This document shows positions 1-20,552 of a stretch of DNA of 64,000 bases, in pieces. The stretch is from the human T2T-CHM13v2.0 reference genome, Homo sapiens. The notes below the pieces were generated by a model, which saw only the letters and a program-made list of their open reading frames with translations, made no database searches and had not been told where the DNA came from. The position numbers were made by a program, and so were the translations under genes. Numbering within the stretch: the stretch's first letter is position 1; the number at the start of each line of letters is the position of its first letter. The stretch lies in NCBI RefSeq assembly GCF_009914755.1, contig NC_060934.1, one strand, 5' to 3'.

Positions 1-726
1 ACACAAAGCATGTAAGTACTTGTGTAAACTTATACTCTGCTTGGTGATGTTCGGAAAGCCTGATGGATGTTACACACCAGTTAGTAGATGGGTAGTGTTG
101 GATGAGAGCCCAAAAATGGCTCTTTATTGTCATTCTTTAGGATTACAACACAGTTTATGTATGTCTCACTTGGCCCTTTCCAATACAAATAAGGCCTGTG
201 TATGTTCTCCCTATGTGTTGCTAATGAAGAAATGAAAACTTAGAGATATCACATGACTATGGAAGACAGCTACTCAAGAGAACTAAGGTTCTGTGTCCTC
301 AGAATGAAATGGAAGTGACAGATATGATGAATTTACTTTTTAAAAATTTTAAAAACTCTAGAATACCTCTTATATTTTGCCTATAAAATAGACCTGTCTT
401 TTAAAACTTACTGCCATCTTGATTTATTTTATGCAAAGTTGATTTTACACAACTCAAAGCCAAAATTTACCTCTTCTTTTTTTTTTTTTTTTAAATAAAG
501 GAGGGTGTCATTATGTTACTCATGCTGGCCTCAACTTCCTGACCTGGGTTCAAGTGATTTTCCCATCTCAGCCTCCTGAGTAGCTGGGACTACAAGCATG
601 TGCCATCTTGCCTGGCTCTGTCTTGTGTCTATACGCTCATTTCAATGGATAAGAATCAAAGTAGAGATAGTGAAATAGCCTAAATGCAGCAGCCGAATAA
701 ACGAGTTGATAAATTTTTATCAATGA

Positions 727-882
<156 letters not shown>

Positions 883-1619
883 TGATCAGGTTATAGAAAG
901 TATTTAGAAAAACTCATATTGGTTTAAAATTTTCATCTTTTCACATGTTCCCTTGTCTTATTTTAATATGTGATATACTTTCCTTTAGTTGTTATGATGT
1001 TAGTGAAAACGTGTAACCTTTTTGTTTATACATTTTGCCATCTTTTTATCAACACAATTAATTTGTGATGTGATGGAGGAGTCATGGATTTCTCTTTATA
1101 ATTCTTGGATTTATCTTTATTTATAATTAATGGATTTATCTTTATTTATAATCCCTTTTCCCTTGCTCCAAAAAGTACATTTTAAAGATGAATGATAGAA
1201 CTTAGGCTTCAGCTTGGTTTTCATTTAAACAAATTAAAAAACATAGTTGTTTATCATCAGGGATTGAATCTGTGATTTGGGCCTCCTCTTACACAGTCCT
1301 CTGACCACATTCATTTACCACATCCAAGTTCATGCTACTCAAAAGTTTTAGGTTATTAACTTTTTCATTTGATATAATGTAAATTTAAACATGCCTTACT
1401 CCTGCTTATTTCCCTTAATGTTATGTTAAATCCTCATTTATTTGCCAACAAGCCATACACAGCCAAGTTTTCCAGTTGACTTAAACAGCAAGAACACAAG
1501 TGAGGGTTCTATAATAATGTGCGAAGTAATGCAGCACAGTAAAACACGGGAGTTTGTAACCTTTGTTTTTATAGTTTGAGTAGACTTTGCCCATCTTGAG
1601 TCAGTTATTTCTGGTTAGA

Positions 1620-2330
<711 letters not shown>

Positions 2331-2741
2331 CAGAATTGTATTTCCCAGTTCCTTCCAGAGGCATGGGCTTCTCACACCTAGAGAGCATGGAAGCAGTAAA
2401 AGAAAAGCTATTCCATGTCCCTCACTCTTCAGTGGTAGTAACTTTTGCCTACAAGGCCCTCCCAGCATCAAAGGCAGAGGCAGTGTAGGAAACAAAGCAT
2501 GGCCCAAGTCCCTCTTGGGGCTTTTATTATTCTGGCCTCTTTTTAGGGAAAAAAAATGATTTTTTGTGCTGCAGACACCATGTCCAATTAGGTTTGTATA
2601 CTTATTTTAACATCAAAATTTAGGCCAGGCTCTGTGGCTTACACCTGTAATCCCAACTCTTTGGGAGGTTGAGGTGGGTGGATCACGAGGTTAGGAGATC
2701 AAGACCATCCTGGTTAACACAGTGTAACTCTGTCTCTACTA

Positions 2742-2932
<191 letters not shown>

Positions 2933-3476
2933 TTACTTTCCAGTTGTGTAAAGACCATTTTTTAATTTTGTTTTGTTTTTAGTGACATATTAGTAGATAA
3001 CCACTAAGTGTGGTTCAAGATGCTTACAGGGTTTCTGTTGCATCTAGAGATAGGTGTCTGGTCAGGAAGTAGTTTTTAGAACTGTTAGCTCTTAGAGTCT
3101 GATAATTAAAGTAAGCTATGTGTAAATGCAGAATGAGAGAATACTAATGGATCATGGCTCATATATGCAACAGTTAAACTTTTTATTAGCTAAATTTTTC
3201 ATCTGGCCTAATTTTTTTGCCCTTTTCTTTTGTACATGAGGATTCTTTCATTTGTATGTAATAGAAACAAAAAGTAAACTAAATGAAAATCTAAGTTTTT
3301 AGATTTGACTTATGAAATTAATCATGCCAGATAATTTAAATTATATGTTATTGAAAATTTTTTTTAATGGAATTTTGTCTCATTTTTCATAGGAGTAATC
3401 AGTAAGATGTTAACAACTACTTTTATTTTATGGTATTTGTATCAGAAGTGACCAGTTTTTTTTTTTTTATTCTTAG

Positions 3477-3511
3477 TTGTAGAAATAAGAAGAAGCAACT
3501 GTACAAACCAT
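3477..3511 (+). pseudogene. AGAP exon (V)VEIRRSNCTNH, 35 nt, phase 1-0
   Basis: poly-T...cttag| acceptor, |gtaagt donor; in frame with the previous exon. Confidence 0.9.
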
Positions 3512-3933
3512 GTAAGTAAACACTCAAATAGTTAAGAAATTGATAGTTTGACATAAATGGATGTCTCTCTTGATTTCTTTAAATTACAATGTGGACCTGG
3601 TGGTGGTAGCATGGACCTCTTTTTGTGGATTTTCTAAATCTCTTCTATTTTCCTGAGTATTAAATTTATCCAGGAAAGTGCTTAGTTTAGCGTGTCCACC
3701 TTTTAAAGATTTCTGACATTTAAGTTAAATTTCAATGGTCCGGTTCAAAAGATCTGCCTTAAGGCTGGGCATGGTGGCTAATGTCTGTAATCACAACACT
3801 TTAGGAGGCCGAGGCAGGCTGATCATCTGAGGTCAGGAGTTTGAGACAACCCTGACCAACATGGTGAAATTCTGTATCTACTAAAAATACAAAAGTAGCT
3901 GGGCGTGGTGGTGCATGCCTGTAATCTCAGCTA

Positions 3934-4072
<139 letters not shown>

Positions 4073-6699
4073 TTAATCTTATTTTTAATGAAAGAACAAA
4101 AATAGAATAGCTAAGTTAATTGCCAGCACTGTCTATTGACTTTCTGTCACAGCAGGTAAAAGCATACCTTCCCCGCTACACCATGATCTTATGTTTCTCC
4201 CTGTGTTTCTTCCAATTGTAGCACACTTTTTAATTAAATCAGTAATATTTACATGATTATGACTCTGCAAATATTATTCACTGCTAAGTCATATGGTGTT
4301 TTCACTGTGCCTCTGCATTCCATGTCCTTCATCCTGTCTCTGAAACAGTTCTGAAATCTGAGCACTTCTGCAATTCTCCTGGATCTTCTTTTTTCCTAGC
4401 CTACGTTAGTTTATCTATCCAAATATCGTTAAGTAGCCTCTGGGTGCTCTGTTTGCTTTCACATCCATTATTTTTTAGCATGAAGCTAATTTTCTGACTA
4501 TATTCATTTGCCTGTTTTCTAACAGCTGTTTTCCCCCAAGTATTGTAGCATTTATCACATGCCTTTCAAAGATATTTTCCATCTGCGAAAACACATCTGT
4601 TCCTTTTTATGTTTGTGTGGGGGGCAACTTTCTTTGGCCTTTTGTCATCCTAGTTCAATATAGCGTGGGTTTCCCTAGATATGCTCAATGTCTGCTTTTC
4701 TGGGCTAACTCTTTAAAGTCTTTTGGTATCTCACGTAACTGCTGTCTTGTGTGGGATCGCCTGAGTCCTAGATTCTGTGTTTCCTTCTGTCCTGTTATCG
4801 TCTCTAGTTGTACTTGAACACATTTTCCTGTGTGGAGATGTTAAAATCCCTCCTCTTTGATAGAGAGTACACCTCTAGGTTGAATCTAAATTTTGTGGTT
4901 CTGAAGACATTTTGCAGTTGTGCTCTTATTACAGTGTTGTTCTTGAATCTATTGCCAGTGTGTGATACGTTATTTACAACCAGGTTTTAGTTATCTGCGG
5001 AAGCTTTTTGGAATCTCTCTCTCTAAGGTTCTGAAATTTTATAACAGCTTGTTGGGGATCTTTTCATTTTATTGAGGCTACTAAACCTGCAGACTATCTC
5101 TTCTTGAGAATTTTTTTTTATTTTCTCTGTTACTTTTTTACTGATAGTCTTGTTATTCAGATGCTAGGCTGCTTAGACCAATACGCCTGCATTGATTTTT
5201 AATTTTTTCCCTTGTATTTTTTTCAGTTTGTCTTTTTATTCTAGTTCTGGGATATTCTGTGACTTTATCCTCTACTATTTCTATTGAATTTTATATTTTT
5301 TGAGAGTGTTTTAAGATTTTTTTTTAAAGTTTTGCTCCTGATTTTGACTGGTCCTATCAATTCCTTTTTTCTATTGTTTTGATCTCTTTTCTTGGAGGCT
5401 TCCCTCCAATGTGTGGTGGTCCCTGGCCTGCTTTATTTGGAAGCAGGATTTCTGTTAACTGATAGCACTCAGTGTGAGGCCTTAGAAGCCTGACTAGCTT
5501 TTCATTTGGGAGACCTCAGTGTATTATCTGGGGATCTTTATTGAAGACATTTCAGTTTCTTCTGAGAAGGATCTCCCAATTTTCTGCCTGGAAAGTAAAA
5601 GCAGGCCTGGAAAGGAAAAGCAGAGTTAGCGAAGAAAGTTGGAGTTCCATTTTTGGTGTACAGTTTTCTTTATATCTCAGGTTTAAGCCATGGTATCTCT
5701 GAGCCAGAAATTCTCAGGTTTGATATATCCAGAGAACACACATCTAAGTTTCTTGTCAGATGGAAGGACAGGTGGACTTGGGGCTCTAGTTAGAGATTTG
5801 CAACTGAACTTGCTGGCTTTTTTTTTTTTTTTCACATTTTACCCTACTTTCCAAAGTGCCATTTGCCTGTAAGTTCACAACCTGCCTTTAGTTCTGCAAG
5901 ACAAACTGGCTCGCTTCTGTTCCAGTCACTTTCTGTAGGCACCAAAGTTGTGTTTCTGTGTTATTTACCACTCCTTTATCTACTTTTTATGTCTCAGCAT
6001 TTATTAGAAATTATCTCTGTCAACCTTCTGTGCTGGTCATGGGTGTAACCTTTATTTTATGACTGATGAGGCTTCCGGAGGGAGACGAAATAAATTTGTG
6101 GTCAATCTATTATATTTAATCCAAATTTAGGACCTGTGTTTAAATCAAAGTCTAATTTGAGTATAATTAATGATATTAAGCCAGAGAATTTTTTAAATTA
6201 ATGTATCTATAATAAGCATATTACACTTTTCTCCTAAGGCCTTGTTTAATATTTTCATTCAAAGTTTATCCACTGCCATATACTTCCCATTACTTCACAA
6301 CATAGATGGAGCTGTTTTCCTGAATGCCCAAAATGTTAGAAATATTTAAGTTAATTAAGATTTGTTCATTTTTAGCCTGGTCAACATAGCAAGACCTCAT
6401 GTCTACAAAAAGGTTAAATAAAAAATTAGCCAGGCCTGGTGGCATGCACCTTTCGTATTACCTACTCAGGAGGTTGAGGCAGAGGATCACCTGAGCTCAG
6501 GAGTTTGAGGCTGCAGTTAACTATAATTGCACCACTGCACTCCAGCCTGGGCAACAAAGGGAGACCCTGTCTCGGAAAAAGGAAAAAAGTTACTAATTCT
6601 TTAAAAACCTATCTAAAATTTGTCCTGCCCAAAAGGAGAGTGAAAAATATGAACTTTAGTCTTTGTTTTATTTTATGTTTGCTGAGAAAAATGCTGTAC

Positions 6700-8989
6700 T
6701 TTATTTATTTATTTATTATTTCCATAGGTTTCTGGGGGAACAGGTGGCATTTGGTGACATGACTAAGTTCTTTAGTGATGATTTGTGAGATTTAGGTGCA
6801 CCCATCACCTGAGCAGTATCCGCTGAACCCAATTTGTAGTCTTTTATCCCTCACCCTCCTCCCAGCCTTTCCCCGAAGTCCCCAAAGTCCATTGTATCAT
6901 TCTTATGGCTTTGCATCCTCATAGCTCAGCTCCCACGTATGAAAGAGAACATGATATTTGGTTTTCCATGCTGAGTTATTTCACTTAGAATAATAGTCTT
7001 ACTTCCATCCAGGTTGCTGGGAATGCCATGAATTCATTCCTTATTATGGCTGAGGTGGTATTCCTCATATATATATATATGTATGTATATCACGGTTTCT
7101 TTATCCACTCATTGATTGACGGGCATTTGGGCTGGTTCCATATTTTTGTAATTGTAATTTGTTTGAGTTCCTCATAGATTCTGGATAATAGCCCTTTGTC
7201 AGATGTATAGACTGTGAAGATTTCCTCCCACTCTGTGGTTGTCTGTATACTCTGCTGATTGTTCCTTTTCCTGTGCAGAAGCTCTTTAGTTAAGTCTCAC
7301 CTATTTGTTTCTGTTGCATTTGCTTTTGTGTTCTTGGTCATGAAGTCTTTGCCTAAGCCAGCGTCTAGATGGGTTTTTCCAATGTTATCTTCTAGAACTT
7401 TTATGGTTTCAGGTCATAGATTTATGTCCTTGATCCATCTTGAGTTGATTTTTGTGTAAGCTGAGAGTTGAGGATCCAGTTTCATTCTCCCACATGTGGC
7501 TTGCCAATTATCCCAGCACCATTTGTTGAATAGGGTTTACTTTCTTCACTTTATGTTTTAGGTGGCTTTGTTGAAAATCAGTTGGCTATAGGTATTTGAG
7601 TTTATTTCTGGGTTCTCTATTCTGTTCCATTGGTGTATGTGCCTATTTTTATATCAGTACCATGCTATTTTGGCGACTATGGCCTTATAGTATAGTTTGA
7701 AATCAGGTAATGTCATGCCTCCAGATTTGTTGTTTTTGCTTAGTTTTGTTTTGGCTATGCCGGTTCTTGTTTGGTCCATATAAATTTCAGGATTGTTTTT
7801 TCTAGTTCTGTGAAGAAGGATGGTGGTATTTTGATGGGAGTTGCATTGAATTTGTAGATTGCTTTTGGCAGTATGGTCATTTTCACAATATTCATTCTAC
7901 CCATTCATGAGCATGGGGTGTCTTTCCATTTGTTTGTGTCCATGACTTCATTCAGCAACGTTTTGTAGTTCCCAACGGCATATCAAAAAATAATCGGGCC
8001 AGGCACAGTGGCTCACACCTGTAATCCCAGCACTTTGGGACGCTGAGGCGGACGGATCATGAGGTCAGGAGTTCGAGACCAGCCTGGCCAACATGGTGAA
8101 ATCCCATCTCTACTAAAAATACAAAAGTTAGCCGGGTGTGGTGGCGCTCACCTGTAATCCCATCTACTCAGGTGGCTGAGGCAGGAGAATCGCTTGAACC
8201 TCGGAGGCAGAGGTTGCAGTGAGCCAAGATCACCGCACTGCATATTCCAGCCTGGGCAACAGAGCGAGACTCCATCTCAAAAAAAAAAAAAAAGATAATC
8301 CACCATGATCAAATGGGTTTCATACCAGGGATGCAGAGATGGATTAACATACACAAGTCAATAAATGTGATACACCACATAAACAGAATTAAAAACAAAA
8401 AATCACATGATCATCTAAACAGATGCAGAAAAAGCATTTGACAAAATGCAGCATCCTTTTATGATTAAAACCCTCAGCAAAATCAGCATACAAGGGTCAC
8501 AGCTCAATATAATAAAAGCCATCTATGACAAACCCACAACCAACATGATACTGAAAGGGGGAAAAGTTGAAAGCATTCCCCCCGAGAACTGGAACAAGAC
8601 AAGGATGCCCACTCTCACCACTTGTATTCAACATACTACTGGAAGGCCTAGCCAGAGCAATCACACAAGAGAAAACAATAAAAGGCATGCAGATCAGTAA
8701 AGAGGAAGTCAAACTGTTGCTGTTTGATGATGATATGATCATATACCTAGGAAACCCTAAAGACTCCTCCAAAAAGCTCCTAGAACTGATAAATGAATTC
8801 AGCAAAGTTTCAGGAGACAAAATTAATGTACACAAATCAGTAGCGCTGTTATACCCCAGAAGAGACCAAGCTTAGAATCAAACCAAGAACTCAACCCCTT
8901 TTCTGATAGCTGCAAAACTAAACTAAACTAAAATAAAATACTTGGGAATAGACCTAACCAAGGAGGTGAAAGATGTCTACAAGGAAAAC
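6700..8989. mobile_element. 5'-truncated L1 (L1PB-like) with internal inversion: 3' part on minus (~6700-7973), ORF2 RT fragment on plus (~7974-8989); Alu inserted at ~7997-8293
   Basis: L1 3'UTR text with a T-rich tail at 6700; the plus-strand ORFs (QHPFMIKTL; [15 protein letters not shown]; DDMIIYL) are L1 ORF2 RT. Confidence 0.9.
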
Positions 8990-10089
8990 AACTTTAGTAT
9001 TTTTAATGGGTTAAAATGAGAGGCAGCAGGTACAGCAGAAGAAGTCAGTGCGTGGGCATCCGCATCCAATGGGTACTGCACCTTTGATGGTAAGGCTTTG
9101 GTTTTGACTTACTAAATTACTAGGTACGAATATTTTCTAGTTTTTGTCATTAAACCTTAAAACTACTAAGTAACCCCTTCCATTTCTTGTTAAATATTGT
9201 AAAATTTCATACTCTCATTTATGCTGCCTGACGTTAGAGTATTTGTTTCTATTTTGTGACTACCTTAAATAATACCTATAAAGAGTAAACTGTTAGTAGT
9301 GTTTTTGCTGTAATTAAATGTAGTAAGACTTACCTTCCAAATGATAACTAAATTGTCAAACACTTGTCGAAGTTTTGGATTTACTCAAAATTCTATGCTC
9401 AGCAGCTGGAGGTAGGAAGAGTAAGGGCCCTCCCTTACTCTTATGGAGAGGCATACTTTCTCACAAGGGGAATACTCTGCAGGAATTAGCATCTTGTAAG
9501 CAGTGGTGAATTCAACTAATTAGTGTATAAAAATACATTTTTTGGTGTGGCTGCCGACAAAGAGATCCAAGAGGGTAGATGGAGTCGAGCTTGCTGAAGC
9601 AAGGAAAGAGAAAAGCAGTATTCTAGGCAGAGAGCAGGGGTAGAGCAGGAAAATGGCTAGGTGCAGGTCAGATGATTTATAGAATGCAATTGATCAAGTT
9701 TTGAAGTGAATGCAAAGTATTCTCCGAGAGTCTCATTTGAGTCATGTCTTGGCAGTCTTATTTAAACATGAAGTGAAAGTTAGATTTTTTAAGTTGTCAT
9801 TTGTTTTCAGGGTGTGAGAGAATATGTAAGTGATACTCTTTTTATCCTCCACATAAGAAAATAGGACTAGAGAAACCTATGGCTTCCTCACTTGTTGGTG
9901 GCCTAGCAGCCCTGGCACACAGAGCCTCTGAATCTGAAACACTTCTTTTGTAACAATATCACCTGAAATAATACATTTAGTATTAGTAATTTAGTAAATG
10001 CATTAGTCTTGTATTCACTGCAATAAAATGCTCTTGTAGCAGGATTATTTAATACATTACATTTTATTGTAGTAAATAAATAATAGAAG

Positions 10090-10772
<683 letters not shown>

Positions 10773-11008
10773 GAAGCCGACTTTTCCCATTATTTTTAAC
10801 GGTAATTCATAAAATCCTTGTTAGGTTTGATGACAGGTACCATATTAAGGGCAGCATTTTATAACCCATATCTTAAACATCATCTCTGGAAGTTGAGAGC
10901 CTCCAATGGGTTTTCTATAGAGTGCACATGATACCACACTCAGGCAGTTCATGGAGTGTAAGACATATCTTAGTGCTTTGTCATTTGACATTTTAACTGA
11001 GAAAATAA

Positions 11009-11150
<142 letters not shown>

Positions 11151-13080
11151 GTGAGTACAACTATGCTGCCGAGGGACAGATTCCTTTATTCTAAAATTAT
11201 TTCAGTCATTTGGTTGTCCTTTTCAGCAATCAGTTTAAGAAATTGGAGTCAACCATATATTGATATCCAGATTCTGAATATTAAGTATCAGTTTCTCTTT
11301 TAATCTTAGACGTCGTGGTGGAAGGAAAAATCAGTTAGCAAAGAAGCAATCCCAGAAACAGTGTATCTTTTTGATGCCTTTATGCCTTTAGACAATGTTG
11401 AACAGAGTGAGAAGGATAGGTTCCCTTTATTGAATGTTTTTTTGTGGAAACTTAGTTTTTCAATGCATCATAGGCCTAAATCAGTGTGCACTACTTTGGA
11501 CATTATCCTTGGAAGAAGGAACAGCTTTTCTTCTTCTGGCAACGCAGTGTATCTGCATTTGAATTTCTCCCATTGTGCATGAGCACCTCATGGGCCACAA
11601 AGATGCGCTTTGAGAGCACCCTGAGATGAAGTTTATTTTAAAAGGAACAACAACCAACACCACCACCAGCTCCACAGGGGCTGTCCAGTGTACATTATTC
11701 TCATCTTCTTGGGTTATTAGTCTTGATTTTTAGAACACAGTTTGGAAAGTGCTAATTTAGAATATTAATGTCTTTATCTTTAATTTAACTTTTCATTCTG
11801 TACACATAACTAGCTTATAAACAATTTTGTTTCAAATGCACTAGCCTTTTTAACTAATTCAATTGTCAATAACTTTTACTTCAATTAAAAGTGGAAAGTT
11901 TACACTCATAATAATGTCACTTTCCTCCCTCCCTTTTAACAATAGTTGAGAGGAAATTGTGTTTCGAACAAAAACTGGACTCAAACTCTGTCTCAAGTCC
12001 TGAGCTTTGGGACCTATTGAGTAATCACTAAATGTCTGTAGTCAGCTAAGTCTCTTAAATCTCTGAGCACACATACACAAAAATTACTTTGACTAGAGTC
12101 CCTGGCTTCTTCTGAGTTCCAAAGATTTTCATATGTTAGCATATAATTCAAAAGCAGCTTTGAAGATTAATTTTGCTGAAACAAATTTCGTGCTTTTTTC
12201 CTCATTATTCTACTTTTTAGAAGTCTACTTTTGAGAGTATAGTAAGTTTTAATTTGCCACCAGCAAGTTTGAGAAATGATCATTTGGTGTATTCACTATT
12301 GGTGAAATAAAGTTATTGAACAAATTAATTGGGCAAATTGGCTTCAAGAAGATATTTTGAAAAATATTTTATCATGAATCAGTAGTGCACTGTTGTCAGT
12401 GGGATAGGTGGAACTCGCTGAGATCACTTATGCAAGGTTTTTTTCAAAACACAAGTCTGCAAACACATGTATCTTCCCATCTCCACTTTCCCTCTATCTC
12501 TAGGCACTGAGAAGCCTTTTAGGAAAATCGGGATGGATGTGAGGCATCTTTCTGTGAAGAAAAGCATCCCAGAAGATTCTGATTTTCACCCCAACTCAAT
12601 CATTCCAAACTTTGCTGCTGATTGAAATCACCTGGGAAACGTTTACCAAGAACCTTGATGCCCAAAGCCATACCCAATACTAATTAAATTAAAATGTCTC
12701 ATGTGGAAGATGAGGCAGATATTAAAGCTTCTCAGGCGATTTTAATGTGCAGCAAAGTTTGACAGCCACTGCTTAATTTGAGTTTAGGATGAGAAACTGC
12801 TCCTATTTGGTGGGACCTTGGGCAAGTCAGTTTTAAGGTCTGTTTCCCTGATCTGTAAAACGAGTGTTGAATTAAATGTCACATAAGGTCATTGGTCCTT
12901 TCCAGCATGTAACTTTAAATTCTGTGATTTTAAAATTATTTCAGAGATGAAAACTACTTGAAGCACTATAGACATATCCATCTTACCTGCTAATGTTACA
13001 GGCTTTTTAAAAAGTGCTAATATTGTGTAGACCTATTAGTAGAATTGAGATTTGCCTTCCCTCAGTTGTTTTGAGGCTCA

Positions 13081-13497
<417 letters not shown>

Positions 13498-13739
13498 TTA
13501 TATATTGTAATCACCAACAGAAACGCGTCTTCTAACGGCATATTTCCTTGCATTTTGGTTCTCATATTTTTGTAAAAAACAAAGAAATGAAAACAAAGTG
13601 CCCTTATGGTACTGTTCTGAACTAGAAGATTTGAATTTCAGGGCCACTAGGAGAGTTTCCTCTGCCCCCCTTTTAAAAAATGTCTTCAGGCCTAACAAAT
13701 GTTAACATCTATTGTTATGAATTTTTTTTCCTTCCACAG

Positions 13740-13775
13740 TGTGACCTTGGAGATACCTCATCATATCACACAAAG
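13740..13775 (+). pseudogene. AGAP exon (S)VTLEIPHHITQ(R), 36 nt, phase 2-2
   Basis: ttccacag| and |gtgagc splice sites; matches the family peptide. Confidence 0.88.
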
Positions 13776-14492
13776 GTGAGCTTTTTAGAAACCTGTCTTG
13801 TTATTCTAGCTAAGTACTTTGCAAGATATCAAGCTCAGTGTTAGGCACATCATAAGCTGTATTGTGCCTACTAAAATATTGAAGCAAATTATTTGTATTT
13901 TCTTTGTTCCTTAAGACTCTCATAATTCTTAAATGATTGAGAATCTCAAAGAGTATGTGTTTATATTGATTATATTGATATTTAGTGTGGTAGAATTATA
14001 CAATTGAAATTTTTTCAAAATCTATTTTTAGTTTAGATTTCACAGCCTTACCACTGTTGATATTATGGGCTAGATAATGCTTTGTTGTGAGGACTGTCTT
14101 GTGCATTGCAGAGAGTTTAGCAGTATTCATGGCCTCTACCAACTAGATATCAGTAGTAACCCATGACCCAGGTTATAACAACAGAAAATATTCCTTGAGA
14201 ACAGTATTGTTAACAGAATTTTTTCATTGAAAAATAACTTTTCTACAACAAAAAGTTGAGTAAAAAGTGCGTCATGTATTTATATTATTTAAAGTCTCTC
14301 ATGTTGAGCTTAATAGGAGACAAATGGATTCTCTAGAGCTTTCTTTGCAATTTGCTTTAAAGCAGCAATAAGAGGTTGGGCACGGTGTCTCACGCCTGTA
14401 ATCCCAGCACTTTGGGAGGCTGAGGCGGGCGGATCACAAGGTCAGGAGATCGAGACCATCCTGGCTAACACAGCGAAACCCCGTCTCTACTA

Positions 14493-14651
<159 letters not shown>

Positions 14652-14654
14652 CTA

Positions 14655-15083
<429 letters not shown>

Positions 15084-16144
15084 TCACAAGTGGTGGTTTC
15101 TTAAATTAGTTACGGTGGCATTTTACATATTAATAAATTTATTCCATCAGTACTCATTGATCTTTCTTCCACAGTAAATGGATCTTTTGCTCCATACTTG
15201 CATTTATAATATCATGCATTAGTTACTTGGAATATATCGGTTTATGTTTTATTGTGTCAAAAATCACTTTTAGTTTAACCACCAATCTTACTTTAACACG
15301 CCTTTAAGTATTGAATAGCTGCCAAGCCTACAGTAGAAGGAACAAGTTTTTCAAAGTCCACAGGAAAGCTTAAATTTTATCATTGGGAACAAATACGTAT
15401 TTCCCTTGAAGTGACAACCTCTCACTTCATTTATTTTTGAGAATGATAGTTGAACTGGTTTTTTAGACCGAGTTTCACTCTGTCACTTGGCTGGAGTGCA
15501 TTGGCATGATCTCAGCTCAAGCAATCCTCTCACCTCAGGCTCCTTTGTAGCTGGCACCACAGATGTGTGGCACCACGCCAGGCTAATTTTCTTATATGTT
15601 TGACAGTGACAGGGTTTCGTTATGTTGCCTAGGCTGGTCTCGAACTCCTGAAGGAGCTCAAGCCATCTGCCTGCTTTGGTCTCTCAAAGTGCTGGGATTT
15701 TACAGGCGTGAGCCACTGCGCTGGCCCAGTTGTACTTTTAAATAAAAATGATGTTCTGTGAAAAAAGTGATTTTTCAGTTCATAGTTAAATCACGGATTC
15801 TTTAAAAACAAAAAAAAAAGCGCTTCTGGTTAACTTTCCACTTATTCAGAATATTAGAGACATGTCAAGATTTAACAACATTAATTTTTACTGCTTCATC
15901 AAAGACATTCTTAAGAAATTCAGGCTATGTTTTTTACCTGTAGGGGACAGTGAAGAATAGAATGACTACTAATGTAATTGGTACCACTGCCTTGATTTAT
16001 GCTGAGAAACCAGCCATTGTACCCACTTTTGCTTTTATATAATCATGGCAAGTGTCAACGAAAGAGCAGGCAATGGCTTTGTATTACTTTCACAAATTTT
16101 TAAAATTTTTCATCAGCTTTCTCAGGTTTAATTAGTATGATTCA

Positions 16145-16435
<291 letters not shown>

Positions 16436-17056
16436 TCAAAAAAAAAAAAAAAAAAGAACAGTTATGACCTCTTAGGCCTTCTGGAAGGGGTCTTCGGGAT
16501 CCCGAGAGGTCCACACAGCACATTTGGAGAACCACTGGTTTATACACAGGCACAATGCATTAGTTTTACAAAGTTTAAAGTTCATCAAAGACTGGCGTCT
16601 TAAAAAGGCAGATGAGTTTGTCATTCAAACAACAGAAAGTACATAAATACATCATGAGAGTATACTACAGAGAACTAAAGAGAAAGGAAGCTAGGAAATC
16701 TGAATCACATTTACATTTATTAAAGTTTACTACTACTGCTTTGTAGAACATTCTTGTGTTTCAATGTGTGGTTAGAAGAGTGAAAATATGTTTGGTTTAT
16801 TGCCATGGCCTGTTAGGGAGAGTCAATACTCACGGGCATTTCTGACTGGTTATCATATAAAAGACTTCACGGTACAGGCCATGATGTGCTGAGAAAGAAG
16901 AAGTCAGGAAACCCTCTGCAAGTCAGGATCCAGGAGAAGAATTCGTAAAAACTGCTTTGGTAAACACCAAAGCACACAGGAGGCAGTATTTTACTAAACA
17001 AATATTATACTAAGATATTAACAGTTTTTGAAGTAACGCGCTTTCTTATTTTATAG

Positions 17057-17108
17057 AGATGCAGATAGATCTTTGAGCATACCTGATGAACAGTTACACT
17101 CATTTGCG
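17057..17108 (+). pseudogene. AGAP exon (R)DADRSLSIPDEQLHSFA, 52 nt, phase 2-0
   Basis: ttatag| and |gtaagt splice sites; overlaps ORF 17073..17255. Confidence 0.9.
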
Positions 17109-17719
17109 GTAAGTGGCACTTTTATTGAGGTTGTATTTTCATCGTACACTTGTATCTGTTTCATGCTGAAGTCAAAGCCATCTTTTTTTAAATCTTCCCC
17201 ATTTCATGTTGCATTTAGTCATCTTAAGTGTTGTAAAAAGAATGTGCTGGAGTAAGAACTGATCTGCAGCTCTGTTTAGTTAGTGAGCTAGTATGAGTAA
17301 ATATACTATCCAAACAACAGAAAATGTATCTTTTTTTTTTTTTTTTTTTTTTTTATGGACTCTCTTTCTGTAGCCCAGGCTGGAGTGCAATCGCGCGATC
17401 TTGGCTCACTGCAGGCTCTGCCTCCCAGGTCCCTGTTCAAGCAATTCTCCTGCCTCAGCCTCTTGAGTAACTGGAATTACAGGCATGTGCCACCATGCCC
17501 AGCTAATTTTTTTTTCTTTTTTTTTTTTTGTAAAGACAGGGTTTCACCATGTTGGCCAGGATGGTCTTGAACTCCTGACCTCGTGATCCACCCACCTTGG
17601 CCTCCCAAAGTGCTGTGATTACAGGTGTGAGCCACCATGCCTGGCCCAGAAAATGTATCTTTTTAAAAGGTAATTGTGAGCTGTCTATAGGACCCTGCAA
17701 GCCACTACCCAATTTTTGA

Positions 17720-19222
<1,503 letters not shown>

Positions 19223-19534
19223 TTCTGTTTTATTTGACTACAGTCTCCTTGGTGCAAAAACAAAATGGGAAAAATAAGGATAACTCAGAATTTCAAAAGG
19301 AAATCACAAATTCAGCTTATAATAGCATTTTCAGTACTTCTCATAAACTAAGTAAATACACAAAATGTTGATTTTTCTGACCATAAGACATATTTTATGT
19401 CCTTTTGCCGAGGTGGATGTGTTAGTCTCAGGCCCTCCTGGCCACATTGCCCAAGTCACACAGGCTTCTGTATTATGTATTTAGATAAGATGTGTGAAAA
19501 TATATTTGAAAAAAAGTTCATAAATTTGCATTGA

Positions 19535-19860
<326 letters not shown>

Positions 19861-19940
19861 GTGGCACCTCTCTTAATTTATAAATTGAACTGAATGTGAA
19901 GTAATAATGTCAGCTAGTTGAGATAAGAGGGTTACAGATC

Positions 19941-20552
<612 letters not shown>

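Noticed and set aside
1-18. acaaagcatgtaagta resembles the end and donor of the 3477-3511 exon
   Set aside because: Cut by the window edge; too short to call a duplicated exon
8446-8875. Reverse-transcriptase-like ORFs
   Set aside because: Frameshifted L1 ORF2 fragments from an old truncated insertion, not a novel RT system
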